NCBI GenBank assembly: GCA_002189035.1
Contig: CM007991.1
Location: 1,860,001 to 1,924,000 of the forward strand
Direction: 5' to 3'
Length of the DNA stretch: 64,000 bases
Origin: Utricularia gibba
Lineage: Eukaryota > Plantae > Magnoliophyta
The translations under genes were made by a program, and so were the position numbers. Shown piece by piece: positions 1 through 11,499 of the stretch; position 1 is the stretch's first letter; each line of letters opens with the position of its first letter. The notes beneath the pieces are model-generated. The model did not search any database. It worked only from the letters and a program-made list of their open reading frames with translations, and was not told where the DNA came from.

Positions 1-933
1 AAATTTCATCCCCCTTCATTAAATTGTCCAGCCCAGGTAACAAATGGACCCAGTGGCTTCGGCCCAAGGAGAAAAGGTAAGCGGTCTGGGCTTTTGATAT
101 AAAGAAGAAGAATTAAAGAACGATAAATAATTATAATTATCTGTATTAAATTTTCAAAAATCAATGACACGTAATTAGCGATTCTAAAAAAAATTGATTT
201 TTAAAACCTAAGGAAATATTTCTTGGATTTGAAGTGGTTACTCGTTAATTCTGAGTCATTTTCCGAATCTCCACTCAAATCTCTTGTTCCTCTTTGTCGC
301 AATCTTTCCCAATTGATTTTCATTTCCCAAGCTCTTTGGTTTTAAATTTATAATTTAAATTTGTATTTTTGGAATATAAAGTAATAAAAATATCTTGAAA
401 ATAATGTATTGTGAATTAGACTCCTTGGATTACCTCGTTCGAAGGGGCTATTTTTGTAAGATAATTAATATAAAAAATCCAATGTATGGAAAAAGAATAC
501 ATTCTAAAAAAGAACTTTTTACTCAAAAAAAAAAAGAAAATTATTGTCTTTCGACGAGAAAATTATAACAATACGCGTGGGGAAAAAAAGTACGGATGAC
601 GCGAATCGTCCAATGAAAGAATGCCACGTCGGGGGTTAGTCCGCAAATGAAACAATCTTACGGGGAAGGTGTGTGAAAACGTAGTAGTTAAGGGGGTGAG
701 ATGCAAAAAGACGTGGTGGGAGTTGAACCACTCGACTTATATATTCAAAACCCTTGTGGAAACCCTTGGTTTTCCAATTTTCCGAAACCCAAAGCGAGAG
801 ACTTTTGCCCTTAGGTCCTTTTGTGGCGGCTCTTTGGGCGTATCTCTATCTCTTCTCCGCTATCCATCCCTCCTGGTCTGGATTCTTCTTCTCTATCGCG
901 GACTCGTCTGCGTTGAAGCACACCTCGGTAATC

Positions 934-3900
934 ATGGCTGATGTCGCTCCTTCGGCGGATCGTATCCCTTTCTGCGTGTTTGTTGCCTTTTATGTTTGCT
1001 TTTGCCTAAGCTTTGACTCGTTTCATCTTTGTCGGCGTCCTTCGTGTGTGTTCCTTGGTGGTAGATCTAGCATCCTGAATGTGGTACCTGGGTGATGCCT
1101 GTATTTTTTCGTATTGACTACTTGCCTCTAGATCTTTTTAGCTAGTGTTGTAGGGGAGGTACGAGGGACGGCGTTTAGATTTGATTTGATGTTTACTGCT
1201 GCAAAAGACTGGCTTCAGCAACTGACGGATGCCAATATAGATGATACATCTATCATGTTTGTGTGCATGTGGCATTACTGGGGGCTGGAATTAAACGAGT
1301 TTGTACCGGGATTTGTGCTTCCTGAAACACATATTTGAGCTTTATAGACGCTTTGGTGCAATTTGTTGATTGCCTAAATAGTTTTCTTGTTTCTGAACGT
1401 CGTGTATGTTAAGGTATGTGTTTTCATAATGAATTCCTTAACTGAATGGTTTAGAAACTGTAGACATGCTACAGAAAATGTCATTAGATTCACGAGCTAA
1501 CCCAATAGACGTTCCTGAATCAACAAAGGTATGGTTTTTGGGTATGTCTGTTTAGCACTGGGATTATAGCCAGCGATTCTCGTGGCTGGGTTATTAAGTT
1601 TGACGATTCTCTTGCAGCTTTCAGTTGATTCCAACAATATTGCTAGTGGGGTTCGGTCAGATCGATCTACAACACCCCTCTTGCCTGATATAACGGATCC
1701 AACTGTGTGCTACCATCCGAATAGTTACACCCCACCTGGGTGCTACTACGGAGGTAAATTCATGTTTTTTTTAGGAGTGCTTTGCCTGTTTTCAAGAAGT
1801 TAGGCAGAACTGAATTAATCTCTGTGATGCAGGCTATGATGGTTCTGACTGGGATATGGTAAGATTCATGAGTCCTGATGGCGTGACTGCCTATGGGGAA
1901 GGTGCTCCTCTTGTGTACCACCCTGGGTATAGCTACAGTCATTATCCTCCATATTCACCTGGTGCTGCTTCTATGGTTCCGACACTCGCACATGATGGTC
2001 AGCTCTACGGAGCACAGCAATATCAGTACCCCAGCCCATACTTTCAGTCAATGGCTCCAACAAGTGGCACGTTAACCAATCCAGCAGCCCCACCAAAGGT
2101 GAGTTGGCTGCTTCTTCACCAAGTGATCAGGCTCCTTCGCCTGTGGATTCTGCTAATTCCAAATCTAATGGTATTGCCGCTGGCGGTGCTGCAAAGGCTA
2201 ATAACGGTAACCTAAATTCCAGACCAGGATATCCCAATTCGTCTTATAATCTGAATAGCGCTTATGGAAGAGCTTCCATCCCTGGAGGGATTCTTGCTTC
2301 CAGTTTTCAGGATCCAAGATATGCATTTGACGGATTGCACTCTCCAATTCCATGGCTGGAGAGCACATATTACTCAGATGGACAACCAAAGCTGGTCACT
2401 AGTTCGTCCATGACTACCTCCGTTCCAAATGTAAATAGCCTTCCTCCTCTTAGGAATCAAGGATTACGTGCTTCTGTGGTATGTTCAAAGGATGCCGCTT
2501 GTTGTTGTAGCTTTTATTTTGCAGGCTTATTTTTCTGGCGCGAGCTGTTCATAATTTTAGTTCCCGTTATATGTCGTGCATCGTTTTCATTTTAATCCTG
2601 GTGTGCATTGTGGAATTTGGTGTATTAATGGTTTTTTTTGGCATATTCAGGGCTTGCATCATCCTAGGCCTCTGGCTACCTTCAGCCCTGTTAGCGGATA
2701 TATGAATAGGATGTATCCTAACAGATTATATGGTCAGTATGGAAGCACTTACCGACCTGGTTATGGATCAAATGATTATGCTTCACGGACTAATGGACGT
2801 GGCTGGATGGCGATTGATGGAAAATACAAGCCCAAAGGAAGAGCGAACCCGCTCTATGTTTATGGAGGTGAGAGTATGGATGGCCTGAATGAATTGAACA
2901 GGGGTCCCAGAACCAAAAGCTCGAAGAATGCCAAGGGCATTACCCAAGTTGCTTTAGCTGTCAAAGGACAAAGCATAGCATCAGCTGGTGCTGTGGATAA
3001 TGAAAAATCAACAACAATTCCTGATCGAGAGCAATACAACCGACCAGATTTTCCTGAAGAATACGTTTCTGCAAAGTTTTTTGTTATCAAGTCATATAGC
3101 GAGGATGATATTCACAAGAGTATCAAGTATAACACATGGTCGAGCACTGAAAATGGAAACAAAAAGCTTGATGCTGCTTTCCAGGAAGCTCAACAGATTG
3201 ACGGAGGTTGCCCTGTTTTTCTTTTCTTTTCGGTGAGCATAACCACAAAAATTTTAACAAAAGGCGATTGTTATTTGTTGTTTATCGCTTAAACATAAGA
3301 GTTTTGTTTGTGTCCAGGTCAATACTAGCGGTCAGTTTGTTGGGGTTGCGGAGATGGTGGGTGCTGTTGATTTCAGCAAGAATGTAGAATACTGGCAGCA
3401 AGACAAGTGGAGTGGTTGCTTCCCCGTGAAATGGCATATCGTCAAGGATGTATCCAATAGTGTGTTGAAGCATATAATCCTTGAAAACAATGAGAACAAA
3501 CCTGTCACGAACAGTAGGGATACCCAAGAGGTAATACAAGCCATTTTATTTAATTATTCTGAGTTTTACGTTCGTGTGTTGCGGTGAATAATTCTTATCG
3601 TTGATCCTTTTTGTTAAACACAGGTGAAATTATATCAGGGGCTCAAGATTCTTAAGATATTCAAAGACCACCCTTGTAAGCAATGTGTTCTTGATGATTT
3701 TGACTTTTATGAGGAACGTCAGAAGAGAATTCAGGAAAAGAAAGGGAAACTACGACAGTTTCAAAAGCAGGTTCTAACGGCATTCCCATAATTTTCTTTG
3801 GCCTTCCTACCATGAACTTGCCATGCTAATGTGTCCATTGTGTAATTACTCCAGGCTCAAGTATGGGAAGGCAAACAAGCAGATGAGAACACTCCGGATA

Positions 3901-4088
3901 AGAATAAAAACTCACAAGAATTGGTCTCAGATTCAGTTGAAGGTCAATCTCTTGTGTCAAACGGTGACCTCAAGTCCAGTGAGAACTCACCACTTGCCAC
4001 CTCCGGTGATGTTGCGATATCTGCAAAAGTAGTAGCATCATTTGTAGAAAAAAAACATCTTCCCAACAGAGTTGCAAACGGTTTCTAG
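934..4088 (+). CDS. ECT2: YTH-domain m6A reader, ECT2/ECT4 clade
   Basis: Hand-spliced exons ~934-961, 1455-1528, 1618-1753, 1833-2478, 2651-3232, 3318-3530, 3624-3770, 3855-4088. N-terminus [24 protein letters not shown] motifs [24 protein letters not shown] and [17 protein letters not shown]-terminus VANGF*. Apparent 1-nt frameshift near 2098. Confidence 0.93.
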
Positions 4089-5030
4089 CTTCGGCATTGG
4101 TGGCGGCATGAGTGCTTGGTGGAATACCCAAGGCATGTGCCGCCCTTACTGTGCGTGCCTACGGGAATGATCCCAAGGCACAAAACCTGGTGCTGCATAA
4201 AAGAAATGTGAGCGTGAAGCTTCTCCAACCGCCCTGCGGGGTGCATTCTAGGCAGTGGAGCTTTGTTTTATTTTACCAGTAGTCTTTTTTGCTTTGTTCT
4301 TCAAGTCTTTAGTTCTCCTCGCTTCCCCTCCTGTGTTTTTGTCATCTTCTTGGTTGGCAGTCTCAGCATGTTACGATTTCCTTGTGTGGTTTCGTCATGG
4401 TTATGCGCTATCATCTGCTTCTGTTTCAAGTTTTTGAATTCCTGTAACGTTTCAGCTGGAAGCAGGGAGAAAGATCTCTGATAATATTTTCATTGCCCTC
4501 CTTTGCTGCTGCTGCTTCGCTTCTTCGTGCCTCAGAGAAGACAAAGCTGTCCAATTGTGAAGTGGAAAGTAGACTAGGGTGTCCACTCAGGAATTCATTA
4601 TTAAAATAAATTAATTTTGCTTGGAATTGATTATCAAGATGATTACAATCAGTCTATGAACTTATTTTGTATTCTGACAGTTGTAGCAATCTATCTGGCT
4701 CTAGTCAAAGTCCAATCAAATAGAGACATGCATCGAGAACAAGCCCAGACGCAAATCTAGATGACTAAGCGATGGAGCTCTCCAGGAGAAATGGAACTTT
4801 CTGGAAGTTCATCAGATTCCTTCCAGACAAAAAGCCAGGAGATGGCATCCACTAAATTACAACAAAATTCATCAGCATGCGTTACAGCTTATGGGCTCAC
4901 TTCGGACAAACAAACGAATGAATAATGGTAGCTGATGATACCAAACGACACTATACACAGGCAGCCAAAACAGGGTTGGTTTATCAGCAAATCACTTCGG
5001 ATCAGAAGAAAATGGAAGCTCTTGGACGCT

Positions 5031-8000
5031 TCAACTAATGTGTATCCGGGCAGGGAGGGAGAGTCCTCCTGCCTGCGCCTCCGTGGGGGAGCCATGGGGA
5101 TGATTTTCCAATTTCATCACCAGTTGGGTGCCTGGGGAAGACGACCAACTGCACTTTCTTCGCAGCTCTCCGATGCTCCAGTGGAGGACTTGTTCGATCC
5201 AAACCCGGAATGCCTTCCTTTCCTCGGCTAACCAACCAGCTGCAAGGATTTGACACATCACTTGTTGATCTATCTCTAGGCAGACGCCTCCATCTTCCTC
5301 CTGTAGTAGCCGATCGATCTCCCTCGCTACTTCGCGTGCAGCGGAATCGAAATTGAATGGGCTGAACACTACGTTCTCTTCCACATGCTCAAGCAGCTCT
5401 TGCAACCACGACAGGGATGATGATGACGACGACGATGAGGAGGATGGCTCGGAATCGTTTGGGCTGCCGCCACCGTCGCCCCCATCTGCACTGCCGGCTG
5501 CATCCATGTACACTTCAGTGTCAACCACTGGTATGTTTAAGTCGATGTGGGATCTGTGGAGCTCATTGTGCAGTAACATCCTCCTTTTGTCAGAAGAGCT
5601 TCTTTGACTACCACTTCCAGTTATCCAGACATTGGCTGCATAGTTCTTCCTTGACATGCTGTGGGCGGTACCTCCAACTGAAAGTTGCATCGGTAGATTC
5701 CTGGATTCGACAATTTTTTCCATGGGAAATTCAGCTGCAACTTCCCCGACAGCGCCCTGTTCTGCACTGGTCCTTACGATGCTAGATTCAAGCACAAAGA
5801 TGGTGCCGGGGATGTTGATGATCCTACCACAGGAGTCTCGAAATTTCCTGGTTTTGATTGCTAGGGATAAGCTTTCCTGAATCAATATATCCGCCTTGTC
5901 AACATTTTCAAGGAACACAACAGAGTTCGGGTGCTTTCTTAGCTCTTCAGCAATGCAATCAACTACTAGTTTCCTTCCTGGTGTCAGGCTCTGCAACTTG
6001 GAGTGGTAGCGATCAACAATAGAACCAGGTGACCAGATCGCATTCTCCATACTGAGGTTAAGACATACAAAATTCCCACTTGCGCCAAAAACAATCTGGG
6101 ACAACAGCACAGCTGTTTTAAGCTTTCCAACTTTATCAGGTCCTAGAAAAGTGAACCATAAGCAGCCTTTGCTTTCCTGCCTCCAACGTGACACAGATCG
6201 ACAGATGACCTGAATCGCATTTATTTGCCAGTAGACCTTCTCAGCCAGGGCATTCCACGGGCCTTCTAATTCTTTTCCAAACACCTGTTTGTCAAGATGA
6301 CCAGAAAGAAATGATGAATTGGTTACTTGGGCACTAACCCTCCCACCATCATCCTCTCTCAGTTTTCGCTTTCTTGAGGATTCATCAGGGAACCCATGAT
6401 TTGTTCCAAGGCTCAAGTCTGTGGCCACATGACTCGATGTGCTTTTCTGGGTGTCATTCAGATCCAAGTTCTGTGCCGCAATATGTTGATATTCCATAGG
6501 CCTGGACGGACTTTTGTCTGATACACTCCCCGCTCCTTCACAATCTTTAGAAAATGGAAACTTGTTCAAACAAGGAACAAGGGATCCAGACGGAGAATTT
6601 CCCCCAACAGATTTTTGAAACGCATGGAGCTTCCGGCAAATGTCGCCCCATTTTCTTCGGATCTCTGTGACCCTGGCATCCAATTCGCATTTCCCTTCTT
6701 TGATCTGCACTGAAAAGTCAGAGGCTATATTTATGATGCATCTTCGAGCTGAAAATCACAGTTTTCCAAGTTCTAAATGATTGGCAAACCTCTAAAGCGT
6801 TGGATGCTTTGCCTATTTGCAACCAGGAAGGGTTTTCTGGGTGTTTATCAGGAACAGTATCCATTGCTTCTCCCTTACGAACTGCAGAAACTTCTTGCTC
6901 GTGCCTCTCATTGCACCAGTCACATAGCTCCATAAGCGGAGCTGCGTTGGAGCGGGAGGTTCCAAGCTCAGACTGGGATGATGAAAAGAATCCCCCAAAC
7001 GGAACAAATGTCCTCATCAAGCTTCACGAATTATCACAACATGAGTAAGAACAATAAATGCATAAAGGGAGGGGAGGATAGATCATTGCTGCTACCCTTA
7101 CATTCAGGCGATACCATAATGAAGTTCGAAAAGCGTAACAGTTCACAGCAACAATGAAAAAAGGTTAAGGAAATGGATCGGAGACCTGGAGTTTAAACAC
7201 TTTCCTCCAATGGCGGAGGAGGTGATGGGAAGAAGATTCAAATCCCAGTCCGCTTCTAGAGAAGGAACTCGCTTTAGCAACTTCTTATAGACATCATCAC
7301 CTGCCAAAAATCCGATCAACCATAACCTCCGGCAAGAGTTCAACAAGGCTTCCTTCAGCGTAGTAACCACGCACGAAACAAGATCAGAAGATTCAGCATT
7401 CACAAGCGCGATTAGATCGCCACAATGTGCAATAGTTCCAGGCCCTTGGCGATTCTCCGTCCTTTCATCAAATTGCTTCAACTTCGATTCCATCTTCGCC
7501 TCACTTAGCCGCCCACTTAGGAACTCTGAAATTTCACGCTCCAGAGAGACCAAATTCAAGCCTTCAACTTCTTTAGGGAGGATTCCAGCCTCGCCCCTCT
7601 TCAAGGAATCGAGAAAACTGGCGTATGCATCATCCGCACACGCCCCAATTAGCAAAGGATTTCTCCGCGCTGGTTTCAAGAGGACTTCTGAAATTCTCTG
7701 TGTATTACCGCCAGCTTTTGCGTCACCATCTTCTAGTAGGAAGGGGAAGTTAGAGGTGAACTTACTCGGCCTGTTGTCGCTCAAACTGCGCAAGAACTGA
7801 GGCGGAGGCCGAGAAAGAGTGGACATGAATCGAGAAACAGGTGGAGGACTCATAACCGTGAACTTCATGTCTTGAGTCTGAAAACCCGCATCGCCGAAGA
7901 CACGGCTGACGATTGGGTCGTCTAAAATCGACATCACGAAATGCTTCAACTCGACTTTTACAGCAGAAATGGAAGGTGGGCTGTCGGGATTCGAATTCAG

Positions 8001-8372
8001 TTGCTGCTGATAAAGCAGAAACGTTTCCGGGTGCCGTCGCTGATTAGCTTGCGATCTCTTAATCGCAGCCATCAGCGAATTCGAGACCGGCGGTTCGTCT
8101 CCGGGGGTCTTCGACACCGAAACTCGGTCGAGAGCAACACCAACAGAGAGTTCCAGAGCCCGGAACTGAAGGCGCTGAGAGTAGGCGACGTTTCTGGAGC
8201 GCGTGCAGGCGTCTCGGAGCAGCGAAGAAGGCAGGGCAAGTAAAGCGGAGACAACGTGCAAGGAAGTCGTCTGCGCATGATTCCTCCGCCTGGCCACGGC
8301 GATTGCGTCGTCGAGGGCCGCGGCCGCATCCTTAGCCAAGCATTGGCGGGCAACATCCACCGGCGTGGGCAT
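5031..8372 (-). CDS. SMXL7: SMAX1-LIKE 6/7/8 (D53-like) ClpB-related strigolactone signalling repressor, about 1030 aa
   Basis: Exons 8372-7186, 7021-6790, 6704-5031, all with GT-AG boundaries. The clade-diagnostic N-terminus MPTPVDVARQCL...ARRRNHAQTTSLH is present, as are SILDDPIVSRVFGDAGF, LMRTFVPFGGFF, the Walker-like GPDKVGK and VVFLENVDKAD. I cannot resolve SMXL6 vs 7 vs 8. Confidence 0.93.
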
Positions 8373-8895
8373 ATTCGGGCAGACCCCAGATCCCCTACTC
8401 CTCCTCTTCCTCACAGAAACAAAACCCGGCTGCAGAAGCAATAAAGAATTGGGAGAATTGGTCCGCTCTCTCAATCTTTTAGGGACCTTTTGAGTGAAAG
8501 AGATTTTGCCCTTGTAGTTGGAGAAGGCTTACCAGAAAAACCCAAATCGCCAATAATTCCTTGCTTTCTGATAGCGAGAAAATATCACAACTCGGAAATG
8601 AAAAGAATCCAAATGAAATGAAAATGAAAAGAAAGGTGGCCGGCTCTGTGCGTGGGGCAGATAGTCTTTGGGAGCATATAAACAAACAACTGGTGGGCGT
8701 AAATTCGAATGCAACACCCCAAGTGGGCATATTCTCATGGCGGATCATGTTTTGTATCCCACTTTTGCTGTTGCTGGCCTTCCCTTCAATCGCCATCACA
8801 CAAAGCAATCATCCTCTGGGCTCTGTCTGTCACTGTTACCTCCTCCTTTTTTAAAAAGGACGGACGGACTACCGCCCCCTTCTTTCTCTCCCTTT

Positions 8896-8921
8896 CCTCC
8901 CCTCCCCTCCCCTCCCCTCCC
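8896..8921. repeat. (CCCCT)n pyrimidine microsatellite upstream of the SMXL gene
   Basis: The tandem cctcccctcccctcccctcccctccc is directly visible. Confidence 0.8.
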
Positions 8922-10443
8922 ATCTTTTTTTTTACACCCTCCTCCCTCTTTACACCAGAGGCAAAGGCATCGCGGTACGGCATCTCTTCTTCCCAACAAA
9001 TTTCATCAACACCATTACAAACACACACAAAATTGACGCACGCCCACCATTCTATCTCGATATTTAGTAAAGCACACTATCAATTATCATCACATAATGA
9101 CGATGGTTTGTTTACACTTAGCAACATATGATCAAGATTAGGCCTTTGAGGCCCCAGGCAGGTACATGCTGTAAAATAGCGAAACCAGAGCTGGGCTCCT
9201 CCAACTCAGTGCCCATCTCCGGAGGACACGAAGGAACAGGAATCAGGGTGCGCCACGTCGATTTACAGAGTCGCAGCTGTGATCCGGGGCGTCGTGGGTT
9301 GTTTGTATACTTGGGTTCAGCGGTTTCGAGACATGGTTTTGGGGGGGGCCGGGCAGTGGGTCGGATGGGGAAAAAGGAAGAGATAAGATAGCTCCTTCCG
9401 TGCAAATCTCAAACGATTCGTGGGCGCTTTTCAAGCAGCACCACTTGCGATGGAGCCCTTGAATCCGACGGCCGACATCTCTCCACGTGCCCCCTCAGAT
9501 CTGAATGAGACTCATCATCAATCTCAGCACTCACCCGGTGATCAAACTCAAGGACGACGACGACGACGATGACACAGCTCACGTGACTGACTTTCTTACA
9601 GCCACCCAGTCGTGGGTCCCTCGGCGCACCCCTTCCCCCTTTTTTAATTAATTTATGCGTACCCTAATTATATGAATAGAAATATTATAACCATTTTTGT
9701 AAAAATAAGAAAAAAACATGATTTGGGGCTCCGATTACTTCATGGGCCACGATTTTAGCCCAGCCCATTAAGGTTCCACACCCGGCCCGAATCGCGTCCC
9801 AAGTATTAATTATTATTAAATAAAAAAGGTCGGAAATTTTTATTTTTAATTTAAATTGCACATATTCCTTTTTATTTTATAAAAACATAGAAATGTATTG
9901 ACTATCGAGTTTCTCATTCAATGTCATTCTTGGGTTGGTCATGAAGTTCAAAATTCAGTCATGATATTTTACATTGATTATAAATAAAGAAATAGCATAT
10001 TTAAATGAATAAATTTTCTTGATCTTGTATAATATTTTTTTGAAAAAAAATGGTAACAATTAAATACTTGAATTGAATAATATGATACAAAAATAACTTG
10101 ATCACATTAAATCACAGAGGAGTTGGGGGTGATGAGTGCCACTATTTCCAAACTACAAATAAATCAACTGCAGAAAGAAAGGAACAAGGAGACTCATAAT
10201 GTCTGTTCTGATCTGATGAAGCTGCAAGAGAAAAGGAGCACAGGTGGTTTTCTGTCAGACGCAGAAGAACTAGAACATTAAAAAGGGACCTGAACTCAAC
10301 AAGGACTCATTCCTTCTATCCGCCCAACCTGTGGTATGGCGCAGCTAATCACCATCCTCTCTAGAAAGAACCAAAGAACCAAGAAATCGAGTAGATTGTG
10401 CGAAAGTTCATGTCATCTGAACCGGGATCCAGATATGGATCCT

Positions 10444-11499
10444 TCAGAGTAGACGAGGTGAAGTTGTGGGAGTAGCAGTTGGTGTTGCATCCACTGCTCT
10501 TGTTCTCATCTCGATAACCTTCTTGTGGGAGTTGGAGTGCAGAGATGGGGTGAAGGTGGGGCTTGCAGCGGGGCGATACTCGGGTAGGAGTCGGCCTGAT
10601 TTGTAACGGACACCGCAGGCGTTGCAGAGGGTCTTTGGCCCCATCGGACCGGCACGCCATTGAGGAGTTTTGGTGATCTCACAATGCATACATTTTCTGA
10701 TCATCTGCGGTGGCGGTGGTGGTGGGGATGCAGTGTCAGTTGCGAGCTTTGGAGCTGTGATCTTGATTTTCTTCTTAGGAGGCTCCGGTGCGGTTGGCTC
10801 TGTGACGTCATTCACTGGGGAGGCGTGTAAATTCTCAGCCCTTTCGCCGATGAACGGCCGAGGGGTCTCGATGAAGGAGGATGAAGAAGGGGGGATGAGC
10901 TGAATCCCGGCTCTTGGATTGAACGTTGCCGGACGGGGGCGCTTGCTTCTGGCACGTTGGCGGCTGGGGCTCGGAGGTGGACTCTGAGTGTTGATACCAG
11001 CGCAATTCGAGCTGCTGCTACTGCTCTCCAACACCGACACCGGACTTGAAGTTTGGAACCGCTGCGCAGAGGGATCCTTTTCGACGCACAAGTTGTCCTC
11101 CGTTCCGATTGTCATTCCTCCACCGGAAAACGAATCCTCGACGAAAGCTGAAAGCCATTCCAGCTGCACGATATCCTCATACTGCACAAGCAAAAAGATC
11201 ACTCAAACTCAGAGGTGTTGAAACACTAGCATCCCGATGATCATCCACACAACTCATATTGAGTCTACGAAGTGGGAGGTAGTTACCGGAACCGAAAGCT
11301 CCGATAAGAAGTTGTCGGCGGTGCTGCAGGAGAAAATGTCACCGGAGTCAGGCAACGAGACATTCCACATGGTCGGAATGTCATTGGAGCCACCGGAGCC
11401 AGAAAAGCACTCCACTTCCGGTGGAAATTTAATCAAGTCGTCGATTTGATCAAAGAAGTTTGATGCAGAGTCAATCTCATCTACCAAGTTCGGGCCCAT
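10444..11499 (-). CDS. GATA8: GATA transcription factor, subfamily A (GATA8-like)
   Basis: Exons 11499-11287 and 11181-10444. C-X2-C-X18-C-X2-C finger [26 protein letters not shown] followed by [21 protein letters not shown]. Conserved [15 protein letters not shown] and RARSKR. Confidence 0.92.
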
